From NCBI GenBank assembly GCA_038153405.1, contig JAYOYH010000017.1, positions 28,352 to 91,175 on the forward strand: 62,824 nucleotides of DNA, read 5' to 3'. The position numbers were made by a program, and so were the translations under genes. The stretch comes from Gemmatimonadota bacterium. GTDB taxonomy: Bacteria > Latescibacterota > UBA2968 > UBA8231. Under the pieces are notes generated by a model. It made no database searches. It was not told the DNA's origin and worked only from the letters and a program-made list of their open reading frames with translations. Shown piece after piece: positions 47,888 through 57,732 of this stretch. Numbering within the stretch: position 1 is the stretch's first letter; every line of letters begins with the position of its first letter.

Positions 47888-49045
47888 GTGCCGTTGGAAC
47901 ACTGCGATGTAGCTGTTGTGGGATGTGGTGGCATGGGCAGTGCGACCCTTTACCACCTTGCCTTGCGCGGCGTGCGCGCCTGCGCGATAGAGCGCTTTAC
48001 CCCCGGTCACGACCGCGGATCTTCGCACGGCGATACGCGTATTATCCGCAAGGCCTATCTGGAGCATCCCAACTACGTCCCCTTACTTGAGCGGGCGTAC
48101 GATCTGTGGGACCGCCTAGCGGGCGAATCGCAAAAAGACCTGCTCGTTCGCTGTGGGTTGCTGGCCATGGGCCATCCCGACTCGCGCGTCATACGCGGCC
48201 AGGCTGCCTGCTATGCGGCCTGCGATTTGCCGCACGAGGTATTGGACGAAGCGGAGCTGCATTATCGCTATCCGGCGCTGGGCATCGGCCAAGGTTGGCA
48301 GGCCTACTACGATCCCCTCGGCGGATTTTTGCGCGTGGAGGAGTGCGTTCGCCAGCACGCGCGCTGGGCGCAGCTGCGCGGTGCGACGCTCTTGGCTGGC
48401 GAGGTGATGCACCGCTGGGCGCCCGACGGCGATGGGGTGTGCATCGAGACGGATCGGCGCACGCTGCGGGCTGGGCGCTTGGTGCTGACCGCAGGGGCGT
48501 GGGCGGCTCCGCAGCTGCGGGAATTAGGCATTGCGGCGCGCGTCGTGCGCAAAGTGCTGCTGTGGTACGGGGGCGAGGGGCTCGCCGCCTATTCGCTTGG
48601 TTCTATGCCCTGTTTTCTAGTGGGAAGCGACGGCAGTGCGGATACGTTTTACGGTTTCCCCGCGCTGGATCACCGGGGGGTGAAGATTGCCGAGCACAAT
48701 GTGTTTATGCACAAAGAGGTCGCCGATCCGCTGTATCTAAACCGATCGTTGGAAGACGATGATGAAGAACCGGTCCTTCGCTTCGCCGCGCAGTTCTTTC
48801 CGCGTTTGCGCGCTCGGCGCACCCACTACGCCACCTGCATGTACACCATGACGCCCGACGAACACTTTGTCGTAGATGTACATCCGCAACACCCGCAGGT
48901 GGTAATTGCCGCGGGGTTTTCCGGCCACGGCTTTAAGTTTGCATCGGTCATGGGAGAAATCCTCGCTGACCTGGCTGTAAATGGCACGACTAGCCAGCCG
49001 ATCGACTTTCTGCGCCTGCAGCGCTTTGCCAAGGGAACGGAGTAA
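47888..49045 (+). CDS. solA: N-methyl-L-tryptophan/monomeric sarcosine oxidase family
   Basis: GCGGMG, GSSHGDTRIIR, CMYTMTPD (flavinylated Cys) and GFSGHGFK; exact start uncertain (47873-47894). Confidence 0.88.
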   Translation: MPLEHCDVAVVGCGGMGSATLYHLALRGVRACAIERFTPGHDRGSSHGDTRIIRKAYLEHPNYVPLLERAYDLWDRLAGESQKDLLVRCGLLAMGHPDSRVIRGQAACYAACDLPHEVLDEAELHYRYPALGIGQGWQAYYDPLGGFLRVEECVRQHARWAQLRGATLLAGEVMHRWAPDGDGVCIETDRRTLRAGRLVLTAGAWAAPQLRELGIAARVVRKVLLWYGGEGLAAYSLGSMPCFLVGSDGSADTFYGFPALDHRGVKIAEHNVFMHKEVADPLYLNRSLEDDDEEPVLRFAAQFFPRLRARRTHYATCMYTMTPDEHFVVDVHPQHPQVVIAAGFSGHGFKFASVMGEILADLAVNGTTSQPIDFLRLQRFAKGTE

Positions 49046-49819
49046 ATGGATTTGAATCTGAAAGGACGCGCGGCGTTGGTGAGCGGGGCCAGTCGCGGCA
49101 TTGGGCGAGCGATTGCCGATGCGCTCGCTGATGAGGGTGTGCATTTGGGCCTATGTGCGCGTGGACGAGAGGGCTTAGACGGGGCAGCCGCCGAGCTGCG
49201 CGCTCGGGGAGTGCAGGTATTCGCCCAAACCTGTGACGTGCGCCAGCGCGACGAAGTGGAGGCCTTTGTCACCGCGGCTGCCGAGGCGCTGGGCGGGGTA
49301 GATATCGTAGTCAACAACGTCGGCGGATCGGCAGGTGGCCTGCTGGAAGACAGCGAAGACGAGGAGTGGGAAGAGACGTTCCAACTGAATCTATTTCACG
49401 CCGTGCGCACTACGCGCGCCGCACTGCCACACATGCGAGAACGCGGCGGTGGCGCCGTTGTTATCATTACTTCTATATCGGGAGCGAAGCCGGCGCCGCG
49501 CGCCCAGTACGGCTGTGCCAAGGCGGCAGAAAATTTTCTCGCCGGCGCTCTGGCGTTGGAGTTGGCCGATGCCAACGTGCGCGTCAATGCCGTCGCCCCG
49601 GGGTCAATCTTTTTCCCCGGTGGAGGTTGGGAGCGCTTTCGCGCCGAGCGAGAGGAGCGCTTCGCCGATTTCGTTCAGCGCGAATTTCCCTGTGGCCGCC
49701 TCGGTTCGCCGCAGGAAGTAGCCGATGTGGTAGCCTTTTTAGTTTCGGATCGCGCGCGTTGGATCAATGGCGCAGTCGTGCCCGTCGATGGCGCACAGGG
49801 TCGGCCATCGGTCTTCTAA
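49046..49819 (+). CDS. SDR-family oxidoreductase
   Basis: SGASRGIG, NNVG, YGCAK and VNAVAPG. Confidence 0.92.
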   Translation: MDLNLKGRAALVSGASRGIGRAIADALADEGVHLGLCARGREGLDGAAAELRARGVQVFAQTCDVRQRDEVEAFVTAAAEALGGVDIVVNNVGGSAGGLLEDSEDEEWEETFQLNLFHAVRTTRAALPHMRERGGGAVVIITSISGAKPAPRAQYGCAKAAENFLAGALALELADANVRVNAVAPGSIFFPGGGWERFRAEREERFADFVQREFPCGRLGSPQEVADVVAFLVSDRARWINGAVVPVDGAQGRPSVF

Positions 49820-49860
49820 GGACGCAATCGCAGCCGCCTGCGGCGAGCTGAGTGGTGAAG

Positions 49861-50643
49861 CTATCCTTGAAAAAGCGATAGCGCACCGTCGACGTAGATC
49901 TCCGTTCCGGTGACGTAGCTGGCTTCTTCGCTGGCCAAGAACAGGATGGCGTTGGCGACTTCTTCGGATGAAGCCGGGCGCTGCTGCAGCGGAATCATGC
50001 CCTGGGGAAACTCGCGTGGAATGCGAATTTTATCGATGTCGCGCGGAAAAGTATTCTCGCGGATATTGGTCTTGGTCGCCCCGGGGCACACCACGTTGAT
50101 GCGGATATTCCACTGCGCCAGTTCCACTGCGGCCATTTTGGTAAAAGTCACCTGGGCGGCCTTGGAGCAGGCGTAGGCCGTAAAGCCAAAATTGGAAAAG
50201 ATGCGGTTGCCGTTGACCGAAGAGACGACGACGATGCTGCCGCCGCCGGCTGCGCGCAGATGGGGTATGGCGTACTTCACCGTTAGAAACGTTCCGCGCA
50301 CGTTGATGTCTTGCGTCTGACTCCACTCCTCGGGCGTAATGTCTTCGATGGGTGCAAAGACGCCGTTGATGCCGGCGTTGGGCACGACCACGTCGAGCTG
50401 ACCCCAGCGCTCCACGGTTTCTTCGACGAGCTTTTCTACGTGTTCGGGGTGGGCGATGTCACCCGGTAGCGCCAGCGCTTGACCACCCATTTCTTCGATT
50501 TCTTCCACGACTTCCCGACAGCGCTCAGCGCGCCGTGCTGTGATGGCCACTTTGGCGCCCTGGCGAGCAAAGGCCACGGCTGCCGCGCGTCCTATACCGC
50601 TGCTACCTCCGGTGACTAGCGCTACTTTACCCTCGAGTTTCAT
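49861..50643 (-). CDS. SDR-family oxidoreductase
   Basis: TGGSSGIG, NAG, YACSK and INVVCPG. Confidence 0.92.
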   Translation of the reverse strand: MKLEGKVALVTGGSSGIGRAAAVAFARQGAKVAITARRAERCREVVEEIEEMGGQALALPGDIAHPEHVEKLVEETVERWGQLDVVVPNAGINGVFAPIEDITPEEWSQTQDINVRGTFLTVKYAIPHLRAAGGGSIVVVSSVNGNRIFSNFGFTAYACSKAAQVTFTKMAAVELAQWNIRINVVCPGATKTNIRENTFPRDIDKIRIPREFPQGMIPLQQRPASSEEVANAILFLASEEASYVTGTEIYVDGALSLFQG

Positions 50644-50833
50644 TGCCTTTTTCCCTTTCGCATGTGCGGCGCCAACAGTGCGCTCGGCGCATAGCGCGCT
50701 GCGGTCTATAGTTGACGTCTATCATATAGGTAAATAATTTAAGCCGGTTGATTTGTTCTTGTTGCACGCCGGAACCGGCAAATATACGCCGATCAATGGG
50801 ATCGGCAACAGCACCTCTTGGGAGAGTAATGAG

Positions 50834-52105
50834 ATGACCGACAGCGTGGAAGCAAATGTGAATGGAAACTCGCGTCCGAGTGAGTTGAAAATAACCGATA
50901 TCCGCGTGGTGAATCTGCGTGGGGCACCGTTTCGCTCGACGATTATACGTCTGGATACCAACCAGGGCATTAGTGGCTATGGCGAGGTGCGCGACGGCGG
51001 CAGTGAGACCTATGCGCTGATGTTGAAAAGCCGTCTCATTGGAGAAAACCCCTGCAATGTAGATAAGATCTTCCGCAAGATAAAGCAGTTTGGACATCAC
51101 GCCCGCCAGGCCGGCGGCGTCTGCGCCATCGAGATGGCGCTGATGGATCTGGCGGGCAAGGCCTATGGCGTCCCCGCCTACCAACTGGCAGGTGGTAAGT
51201 TCCGCGACCAGATCCTCTGCTACTGCGATACGCCTTCGGAAAGAAACGGCAAAGACATGGGCCGGCGCCTGAAGGAACGCATGGAAAACGGCTTTGGCTT
51301 TTTGAAAATGGACGTCGGTATCGGCTTGCTGCGCGACACCACGGATACCCTGATCGCTCCACCCAATATGCTGCGCACGCACGAGATAATGCATCCGTTT
51401 ACCGGCATACAGATCACCGACAAGGGCATCGACATTCTCTGCCAGTACGTCGCCGACGTGCGCAGCGAGATCGGTTATGAGGTGCCGCTGGCCGTCGATC
51501 ACTTCGGCCATATTGGCGTCGAGTCGTGCATTCGCTTAGGCAAGGCGCTCGACCAGTTCTCGCTGGCCTGGTACGAGGATATGATTCCCTGGCAGTTTGC
51601 CGACCAGTGGCAGCGCCTGGCCGAGTCGGTCGACACGCCGGTGTGCACGGGCGAAGATATCTATCTCAAAGAGGGTTTTCTGCCGCTTTTCGAACGGCGC
51701 GCAATTGCCGTGGCGCATCCCGATCTGGCCTCTTCGGGCGGTATTCTCGAGACCAAAAAGGTCGGCGACCTTGCCCAGGAACACGGCATCGCCATGGCCC
51801 TGCACATGGCCATGTCGCCGATTGCGGCACTGGCTTCGGTCCACTGTGCAGCGGCCACCGAGAACTTTATGGTGCTGGAAAATCACTCCGTCGATCAGCT
51901 GGAACAGTGGAGCAGTTTGGTCGAGGGCCTGCCGGTGCCGCTTATAAAGGACGGACACATCGCCGTGCCGGAAGGGCCGGGGCTCGGCTTCACCGATTTA
52001 AACGAGGCGGTGCTAAAGGAGTTCGTCGACAAGGACGATCCGAGCATCTTCGAGTCGAGCGAGCGCTGGGACGGCGAGCGGGCACACGATCGCCTGTGGA
52101 GCTAG
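50834..52105 (+). CDS. Mandelate racemase/acid-sugar dehydratase family (enolase superfamily)
   Basis: ALMDLAGKAYGVP, KMD, AVDH, WYED, TGED, HPD and EGPGLG. Confidence 0.88.
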   Translation: MTDSVEANVNGNSRPSELKITDIRVVNLRGAPFRSTIIRLDTNQGISGYGEVRDGGSETYALMLKSRLIGENPCNVDKIFRKIKQFGHHARQAGGVCAIEMALMDLAGKAYGVPAYQLAGGKFRDQILCYCDTPSERNGKDMGRRLKERMENGFGFLKMDVGIGLLRDTTDTLIAPPNMLRTHEIMHPFTGIQITDKGIDILCQYVADVRSEIGYEVPLAVDHFGHIGVESCIRLGKALDQFSLAWYEDMIPWQFADQWQRLAESVDTPVCTGEDIYLKEGFLPLFERRAIAVAHPDLASSGGILETKKVGDLAQEHGIAMALHMAMSPIAALASVHCAAATENFMVLENHSVDQLEQWSSLVEGLPVPLIKDGHIAVPEGPGLGFTDLNEAVLKEFVDKDDPSIFESSERWDGERAHDRLWS

Positions 52106-52125
52106 CGCAGTCGAAATAGGCAGGT

Positions 52126-52162
52126 GGGGAGGGGCGAAACTCGCCTCTCCCCTTTTGTTTTT
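52126..52162 (+). terminator. Rho-independent terminator
   Basis: GGGGAGGGGCGA/TCGCCTCTCCCC stem followed by TTTTGTTTTT. Confidence 0.8.
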
Positions 52163-52185
52163 ATCGCACGAGAGCAGATACGCGC

Positions 52186-53253
52186 ATGGGAGAAAAAGTC
52201 TACGAAATTGCCGTTCTAAAAGGCGATGGCATTGGTCCGGAAGTCGTCGATGAGGGCCTCAGGGCGCTTAGAGCGCTGGCCTCTCCGCGCTTTAATTTCA
52301 CCGAATACCCCTGCGGTGCTGGCTGCTACCTGCAGTGCGGCGACCCCCTGCCTCAGGCTACCGTCGAGGCCTGCCGCGCGGCCGACGCGGTGCTGTTGGG
52401 GGCAATGGGTTTGCCCGATGTGCGCTGGAAAGATGGAACGGAGATGCGTCCGCAAATCGACCTGCGCATTCTGCTTGACCTCTACGCCGGCGTGCGTCCG
52501 ATCTACCTATATAATTCGGCGCACTCGCCTCTAAAAGGGCTCGGCGCCGGCGATATCGACTTTGTCATCCTGCGCGAGAACGTCGAGGGGCTTTTTGCCT
52601 CGATGAACGGCGGCATTGAACTGCGCGGCGAGGTGGCCGTCGATTCGATGGTCATTACGCGCAGCGGCACGGAGCGCATTGCGCGCTATGCCTTTGAGTT
52701 GGCCACTCAGCGCGCTCGTTCGCCGATGCGCGTAACCTGTGTCGACAAGGCCAACGTCTTTAAGTCGATGGCCTTCTTCCGGTCTATTTACGATCAAGTA
52801 GCGGTCGACTATCCCGCTGTTGAACGCGACTATGCCTACGTAGATGCGCTGAGCATGTACCTCGTGCAGCGCCCGCAGAACTACGACGTCCTCGTCGCAG
52901 AGAACATGTATGGCGACATTATATCCGACCTAGCCGCCGGGCTAGTCGGTGGGTTGGGCATGGCCCCGTCGGGGGACATCGGACCGGATGCCGCCGTTTT
53001 TCAGCCCTCGCACGGCACGGCGCCCGATATCGCCGGCAAAGGGTCGGCCAATCCCATTGCCATGGTGCTGTCTACGGCGCTGATGCTCAAGTGGCTGGGA
53101 GAGCGCCACGGCGACGAGGAGGCGCGGCGCGGCGCCCAGCGCATAGAAGAGGCCGTGCGCAGCGTTGTCGCCGAAGCGGGGGTGGGCACGCCCGACTTAG
53201 GCGGCAAGATGACGACGCGTGAATTAGGTTCGGCAATAGTCGCGGTGCTGTAG
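52186..53253 (+). CDS. Isocitrate/isopropylmalate/tartrate dehydrogenase family (LeuB-like)
   Basis: GDGIGPEV, RENVEG, DKANV, NMYGDIISD and HGTAPDIAG. Confidence 0.9.
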   Translation: MGEKVYEIAVLKGDGIGPEVVDEGLRALRALASPRFNFTEYPCGAGCYLQCGDPLPQATVEACRAADAVLLGAMGLPDVRWKDGTEMRPQIDLRILLDLYAGVRPIYLYNSAHSPLKGLGAGDIDFVILRENVEGLFASMNGGIELRGEVAVDSMVITRSGTERIARYAFELATQRARSPMRVTCVDKANVFKSMAFFRSIYDQVAVDYPAVERDYAYVDALSMYLVQRPQNYDVLVAENMYGDIISDLAAGLVGGLGMAPSGDIGPDAAVFQPSHGTAPDIAGKGSANPIAMVLSTALMLKWLGERHGDEEARRGAQRIEEAVRSVVAEAGVGTPDLGGKMTTRELGSAIVAVL

Positions 53254-53254
53254 C

Positions 53255-54433
53255 ATGGATAGACGGACGTTTTTGGGTGTTGGACTGGGGGCGATGGCCG
53301 CCTGGCCGCTGCCGTCCTGGGCCATTCCGACGCAAGGGGAACAGCGCGCGCGCGCGCGCGCGATGGGCATCGCCATAGGCGAGATGGAACCGGGACCACT
53401 CAACGCCATAACCGACGTATCGGGAGTGCGGGTAGGCCAGGTGACGCTTATTCGCGGTGAAGGTCCGCTCGTCGTCGGCCAGGGACCGGTGCGCACCGGC
53501 GTGACGTCCATATGCGCGCACGGCGGCGTCCTATCGCGCGAGGCCTGCTACGCAGCCGATTTTACCCTAAACGGCAATGGCGAACTGACCGGCGTAGGCC
53601 ACGTTCGGCGCCGCGGCCTGTTGGCTGCCCCCATCCTCTTTACCAATACCTCGAGCATTGGCAACGTCTACGACGGTGCGCTGGAGTGGATGCTATCGCG
53701 CGATCCCCATCTCTTCGATCGCGGCGATCGCATCGAGCCAGTTGTCGGCGAAACGTGGGGCGACTTTCTCAACGATACGGCAGGGCGACACGTCAAGCCG
53801 CAGCACGCGCGCCAGGCGCTTGAGCTGGCTGCCGGTGGGCCCGTTGCAGAGGGGTGCGTAGGCGGCGGCACGGCGATGCGCGCGTTTAATTTCAAGGCAG
53901 GAATAGGCACTTCCTCGCGTCTCGTGCCCTGCGATGATGCGCTCCATACCGTGGGCGTGCTGGTGCAGGCCAACTTTGGTCGGCGCGAACAGCTGCGCAT
54001 CGACGGAGTGCCGGTCGGGCGCGAAATTCCCGAACTGATGCCCGAGCACGGCAGCCCGCAAAAGAACAAGTCCCTGCTGGTGGCCGTCGCCACAGATGCA
54101 CCGCTGCTGCCGGTGCATCTGCAGCGCCTGTGCAAGCGCGTGGCGATCGGACTGGGGCGCACCGGGGCCATTTCGACGCACGGCAGCGGCGATCTGTTTA
54201 TCGCCTTTTCCACCGGGCAAAAAATAGTGCGCGAGCAGCCAGCGGCGATACGGCTCTTGAAAGATCGCTGGATTTCGCGCGTGCACCAGGCGGTGGTTGA
54301 GGCGACGGAAGAGGCCATTGTCAACTCGTTGACCATGGCCCATTCCATGACGGGACGCGACGGCAATACCTACCACGCCTTGCCGCTGGATCGCCTAGTG
54401 CAGATCCTGCGCGCGCATGGGAGGCTCAAGTGA
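53255..54433 (+). CDS. DmpA-like (peptidase S58/P1) aminopeptidase with Tat signal
   Basis: MDRRTFLG twin-Arg; NAITDV, NGNGELTG, FKAGIGTSSR, VATDAPL and HGSGD. Confidence 0.9.
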   Translation: MDRRTFLGVGLGAMAAWPLPSWAIPTQGEQRARARAMGIAIGEMEPGPLNAITDVSGVRVGQVTLIRGEGPLVVGQGPVRTGVTSICAHGGVLSREACYAADFTLNGNGELTGVGHVRRRGLLAAPILFTNTSSIGNVYDGALEWMLSRDPHLFDRGDRIEPVVGETWGDFLNDTAGRHVKPQHARQALELAAGGPVAEGCVGGGTAMRAFNFKAGIGTSSRLVPCDDALHTVGVLVQANFGRREQLRIDGVPVGREIPELMPEHGSPQKNKSLLVAVATDAPLLPVHLQRLCKRVAIGLGRTGAISTHGSGDLFIAFSTGQKIVREQPAAIRLLKDRWISRVHQAVVEATEEAIVNSLTMAHSMTGRDGNTYHALPLDRLVQILRAHGRLK

Positions 54434-55452
54434 AGAAGATCCACCAACTCGCGCTGCGCATCGGCCAGCTGCCGTCTGGAGCGCGCGATTCGATTGCCGA
54501 TGTCGAGGGCGTGCAGGTCGGCCACGCGGCGGTGCAGATGGAACGCGCGTCGGTTGGACTGAGCGTCGTCGTGCCCTATCCGCGCTCGGTAGGGCAGCGA
54601 ACGCTCTTTGCCGGTCGCTGGGCGCTCGACGGTGGTGGGGCGGCTTCCGGCCTGGGTGTGGTCGAGGACTTTGGCACGCTCTCATCGCCTATGGCTTTTG
54701 CGCCCGCACCTGTCTTTGGCCGCGTCTACGAGGCGCTGATACACCAAGGGATTGGTCGCGATAGTGGACTGTCCACCGATGCGGGTTGGCCGCCGATTGT
54801 CATCGGCATCGACGATGGGGCGTGGAACGATGCGCGGCGCGTCTACGAAAGTGTGCAGCAGCGCGATGTCGATCGGGCCATTGACGATGCCAGCAAGCAC
54901 GTCGCAGAGGGCAATGTGGGGATTGGCCATGCGCTGCGCGCCTTTGGTCTGCGCGGCGGCGTCGGCACGGCCTCGCGACTAGTCGACGGGCAATGCGTCG
55001 GTATCTTCGTCGCGGTCAACGGCGGGCTGTCCGGCGATCTGCGCGTCGGTGGTCGCACCGTATCAACGGCGGGTGCTGTACCCGGAGGCCCGCAGGAGTT
55101 TGCCGCCGTAGTGGCCACGGATGCAGCGCTGCTGCCCTTTCAACTGCGAGCGCTAGCCCAGCGCGCTGGGCTGGGGGCCGGGCGTTGCGGTCTATGGAAC
55201 ACCGGCACGCGCGAAGCGCAGGTGTGGGCCTTTTCGACGGCGGTGGCGCAAGATGATGCACAGCGTCCGGCCCTAGAGCAGGTGGAAGCAACGAGTGACC
55301 AGGAGCTCTACGGTTTGTTTGCCGCTGCCGCAGAGGCCATGGAAGCGGCGGTGCTCAGCGCACTGCTCGAAGCCGAGCCGCTGGTCAAGGACGAACGCAT
55401 ACTGCAGGCACTGTCCGCTGACGCGCTGCGGCAAATGGGAGATGGGCAGTGA
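54430..55452 (+). CDS. Degenerate DmpA-like paralog
   Basis: DSIADVEGVQVGH, EGNVG, GGVGTASR and VATDAAL; catalytic Ser segment not recognisable; GTGA overlap. Confidence 0.75.
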   Translation: MKKIHQLALRIGQLPSGARDSIADVEGVQVGHAAVQMERASVGLSVVVPYPRSVGQRTLFAGRWALDGGGAASGLGVVEDFGTLSSPMAFAPAPVFGRVYEALIHQGIGRDSGLSTDAGWPPIVIGIDDGAWNDARRVYESVQQRDVDRAIDDASKHVAEGNVGIGHALRAFGLRGGVGTASRLVDGQCVGIFVAVNGGLSGDLRVGGRTVSTAGAVPGGPQEFAAVVATDAALLPFQLRALAQRAGLGAGRCGLWNTGTREAQVWAFSTAVAQDDAQRPALEQVEATSDQELYGLFAAAAEAMEAAVLSALLEAEPLVKDERILQALSADALRQMGDGQ

Positions 55453-56561
55453 GTGCGCGGCTCGAAGCAGAGGGCGCAAAGGCGGCTTTTCGCACGGCAC
55501 TGCTCGATTGGTACGCCGCGCACAAGCGCCAGTTGGACTGGCGCGATAGCGGAGATCCCTACCACGTATGGGTTTCCGAAATTATGCTGCAGCAGACGCG
55601 CGTCGACCAGATGGGTGGATATTTTGCGCGCTTTATAGCGGCGTTTCCTACCCTTTTCGACTTGGCGGCTGCCGACGAGAGCGCCGTGCTCAAGGTGTGG
55701 GAGGGACTGGGCTACTACGCTCGCGCCCGCAATATGCACAGGGCAGCGCGGTTGATCGTCGACGAGCGCGGTGGTCGCATCCCGGATACCTACACCGAAT
55801 TGCTGGCGCTGCCGGGCATTGGGCAATATACGGCAGCGGCCGTCAGTAGCATCGCCTTTGACCGCGACCACGCCGTGCTCGATGGCAACGTAGTGCGCGT
55901 GCTCTGCCGCCTGCTGCACATCGAAGGCGATCCGCGCCGCGCCGCCGTAAAGACCGAGCTGATTGCCGCCGGCGAGCGGCTCTTGCTGCCGGGGCGCGCC
56001 GGCGATTTCAATCAGGCGATGATGGAACTGGGTGCGCGCGTCTGTACGCCGAAAAAGCCGCGCTGTTCGACGTGCCCGGTGGGCGCACACTGTCGAGCTA
56101 AGGCCGAGTTGAGTGATCCGACGACACTGCCTATCAAAGCGCCGAAAAAGGAGAAACCACACTATCCAGTCGCCGCTGGTCTCATTTGGAAGGGCGACGC
56201 GCTGCTGATCGCCCAGCGGCCCCGCGATGGCATGCTCGGCGGACTGTGGGAGTTTCCCGGTGGCAAGCGCGAGCAGGGCGAATCGCTGCAAGAATGCCTG
56301 CGGCGCGAGATCCGCGAAGAGCTGGACGTCGAAATTGAAGTTGGCCAAGTGCTGTGCAGCGTGAAGCACGCCTATTCTCATTTCAGCATTACGCTATATG
56401 CTCTGAGTGCGCGCTACGTGGACGGCGAACCCAAGGCCATTGGCTGTGCCGATTGGCGCTGGGTGCGTCCGAGCGAATTGGACGACTTCGCCTTTCCACG
56501 CAGTGATCGCAAAGTCATTGAATACCTGCGCCAGGAGGGAAGACAACTGGCGCTTTTTTAA
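55449..56561 (+). CDS. mutY: A/G-specific adenine glycosylase with a Nudix (MutT-like) C-terminus
   Basis: VWVSEIMLQQT, WEGLGYY, LPGIGQYTA, DGNV, Cx6Cx2Cx5C Fe-S loop, WEFPGGK...REIREEL. Confidence 0.95.
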   Translation: MSARLEAEGAKAAFRTALLDWYAAHKRQLDWRDSGDPYHVWVSEIMLQQTRVDQMGGYFARFIAAFPTLFDLAAADESAVLKVWEGLGYYARARNMHRAARLIVDERGGRIPDTYTELLALPGIGQYTAAAVSSIAFDRDHAVLDGNVVRVLCRLLHIEGDPRRAAVKTELIAAGERLLLPGRAGDFNQAMMELGARVCTPKKPRCSTCPVGAHCRAKAELSDPTTLPIKAPKKEKPHYPVAAGLIWKGDALLIAQRPRDGMLGGLWEFPGGKREQGESLQECLRREIREELDVEIEVGQVLCSVKHAYSHFSITLYALSARYVDGEPKAIGCADWRWVRPSELDDFAFPRSDRKVIEYLRQEGRQLALF

Positions 56562-56572
56562 GGGAGTCTACC

Positions 56573-57511
56573 TTGGCAGAAGAAGAACGGCCACTGGATG
56601 TGGCCAAGCGCCGCGGTTTGGGGCTGGTGTTGCGCGGTATGTGCATGGGGACGGCGGATGTAATCCCCGGCGTCTCCGGCGGTACCGTAGCGCTGATCAT
56701 GGGCATTTACGACGAACTGGTCGGCACCATCGCATCGATTGACGGACGCGTGCTACGGGCGCTGCTGCGCGGGCGAATAGGCGAAGTGTTGCGCTTGGTA
56801 AACGCCGGCTTTCTGGTGCCGCTGCTGGCCGGTATTGCCGTTGCCATCGCCTCTTTTGCCAAGCTCATAACCTACCTATTGGCAAACCACCCACAGCCCG
56901 TATGGGGGTTTTTTACCGGACTAATTCTGGCCAGCGCGCTCTATGTGGCGCGTCAGGTAGAAGGGGGTTATGGTGCGCGCCTGCTGGCGTTTATCGCATT
57001 GGGCACGGCCTTCGGCTACGGCATCACTTCGCTGGTGCCGGTGGAGACGGGCACGGAGAGCTACAAATTCGTGCTGGCGGGCATGGTCGCTATTTGCGCC
57101 ATGATTCTACCGGGTATTAGCGGGTCGTTCCTGTTGGTTATCATGGGCAAGTACCAGCAGGTGTTTAGCGCGGTGCACGAGCGCAATATAGAAGTAGTCG
57201 CACTGTTTGGCTTCGGCGCGGCCATTGGCATTCTGAGCTTTTCGCGCCTGTTAAAGAAGCTATTAGCCGGCTACCACGCCGCTACCATGGCCTTCTTGGT
57301 CGGTCTTATGCTCGGTTCGCTGCGCAAGGTCTGGCCCTTTCGCAACGTATTAGAAGAGCGCGTCGTCGGCAAGAAAACGCTGGTGCTGCGCGACGAGTGC
57401 ATCTGGCCACAGGAGTTTACGGGCGAGGTCTGGCTGAGTTTTGCGCTGATGGTTGCAGGAGCGGTGTTGGTGCTGGTGCTGGAAAGGGTTGGCCAGTCGC
57501 GGGAGGCGTAG
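56573..57511 (+). CDS. DUF368 membrane protein (undecaprenyl-phosphate translocase family)
   Basis: ADVIPGVSGGT and AMILPGISGS re-entrant motifs; multiple TM helices. Confidence 0.88.
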   Translation: MAEEERPLDVAKRRGLGLVLRGMCMGTADVIPGVSGGTVALIMGIYDELVGTIASIDGRVLRALLRGRIGEVLRLVNAGFLVPLLAGIAVAIASFAKLITYLLANHPQPVWGFFTGLILASALYVARQVEGGYGARLLAFIALGTAFGYGITSLVPVETGTESYKFVLAGMVAICAMILPGISGSFLLVIMGKYQQVFSAVHERNIEVVALFGFGAAIGILSFSRLLKKLLAGYHAATMAFLVGLMLGSLRKVWPFRNVLEERVVGKKTLVLRDECIWPQEFTGEVWLSFALMVAGAVLVLVLERVGQSREA

Positions 57512-57522
57512 CGCTCCGGCGC

Positions 57523-57732
57523 TCACTCTTCCATGTCTTGACGCGCCGCGCGAAAGCGGCGCATACGGCGAAAGAAAATGTAGATTAGTCCGGCTAGGGC
57601 CGCGTAGAGCGCGATCTCGTACACTAGTCCTTGCCAGCCGAGCACGACCGGCCACAGGGCGAGAATGCTGACGAGAATGAAAATGTCTTCAAAGAGGCGG
57701 CCCCTCTTGCCCGAATCTCGTTCCTCAGACAT
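57523..57732 (-). CDS. Small two-TM hypothetical protein
   Basis: ATG 57732 overlaps the slt stop; two hydrophobic helices and a basic tail. Confidence 0.65.
   Translation of the reverse strand: MSEERDSGKRGRLFEDIFILVSILALWPVVLGWQGLVYEIALYAALAGLIYIFFRRMRRFRAARQDMEE

Noticed and set aside
52186..53253. Calling this gene leuB
   Set aside because: No leu genes adjacent; tartrate, D-malate or other beta-decarboxylating specificity cannot be excluded.
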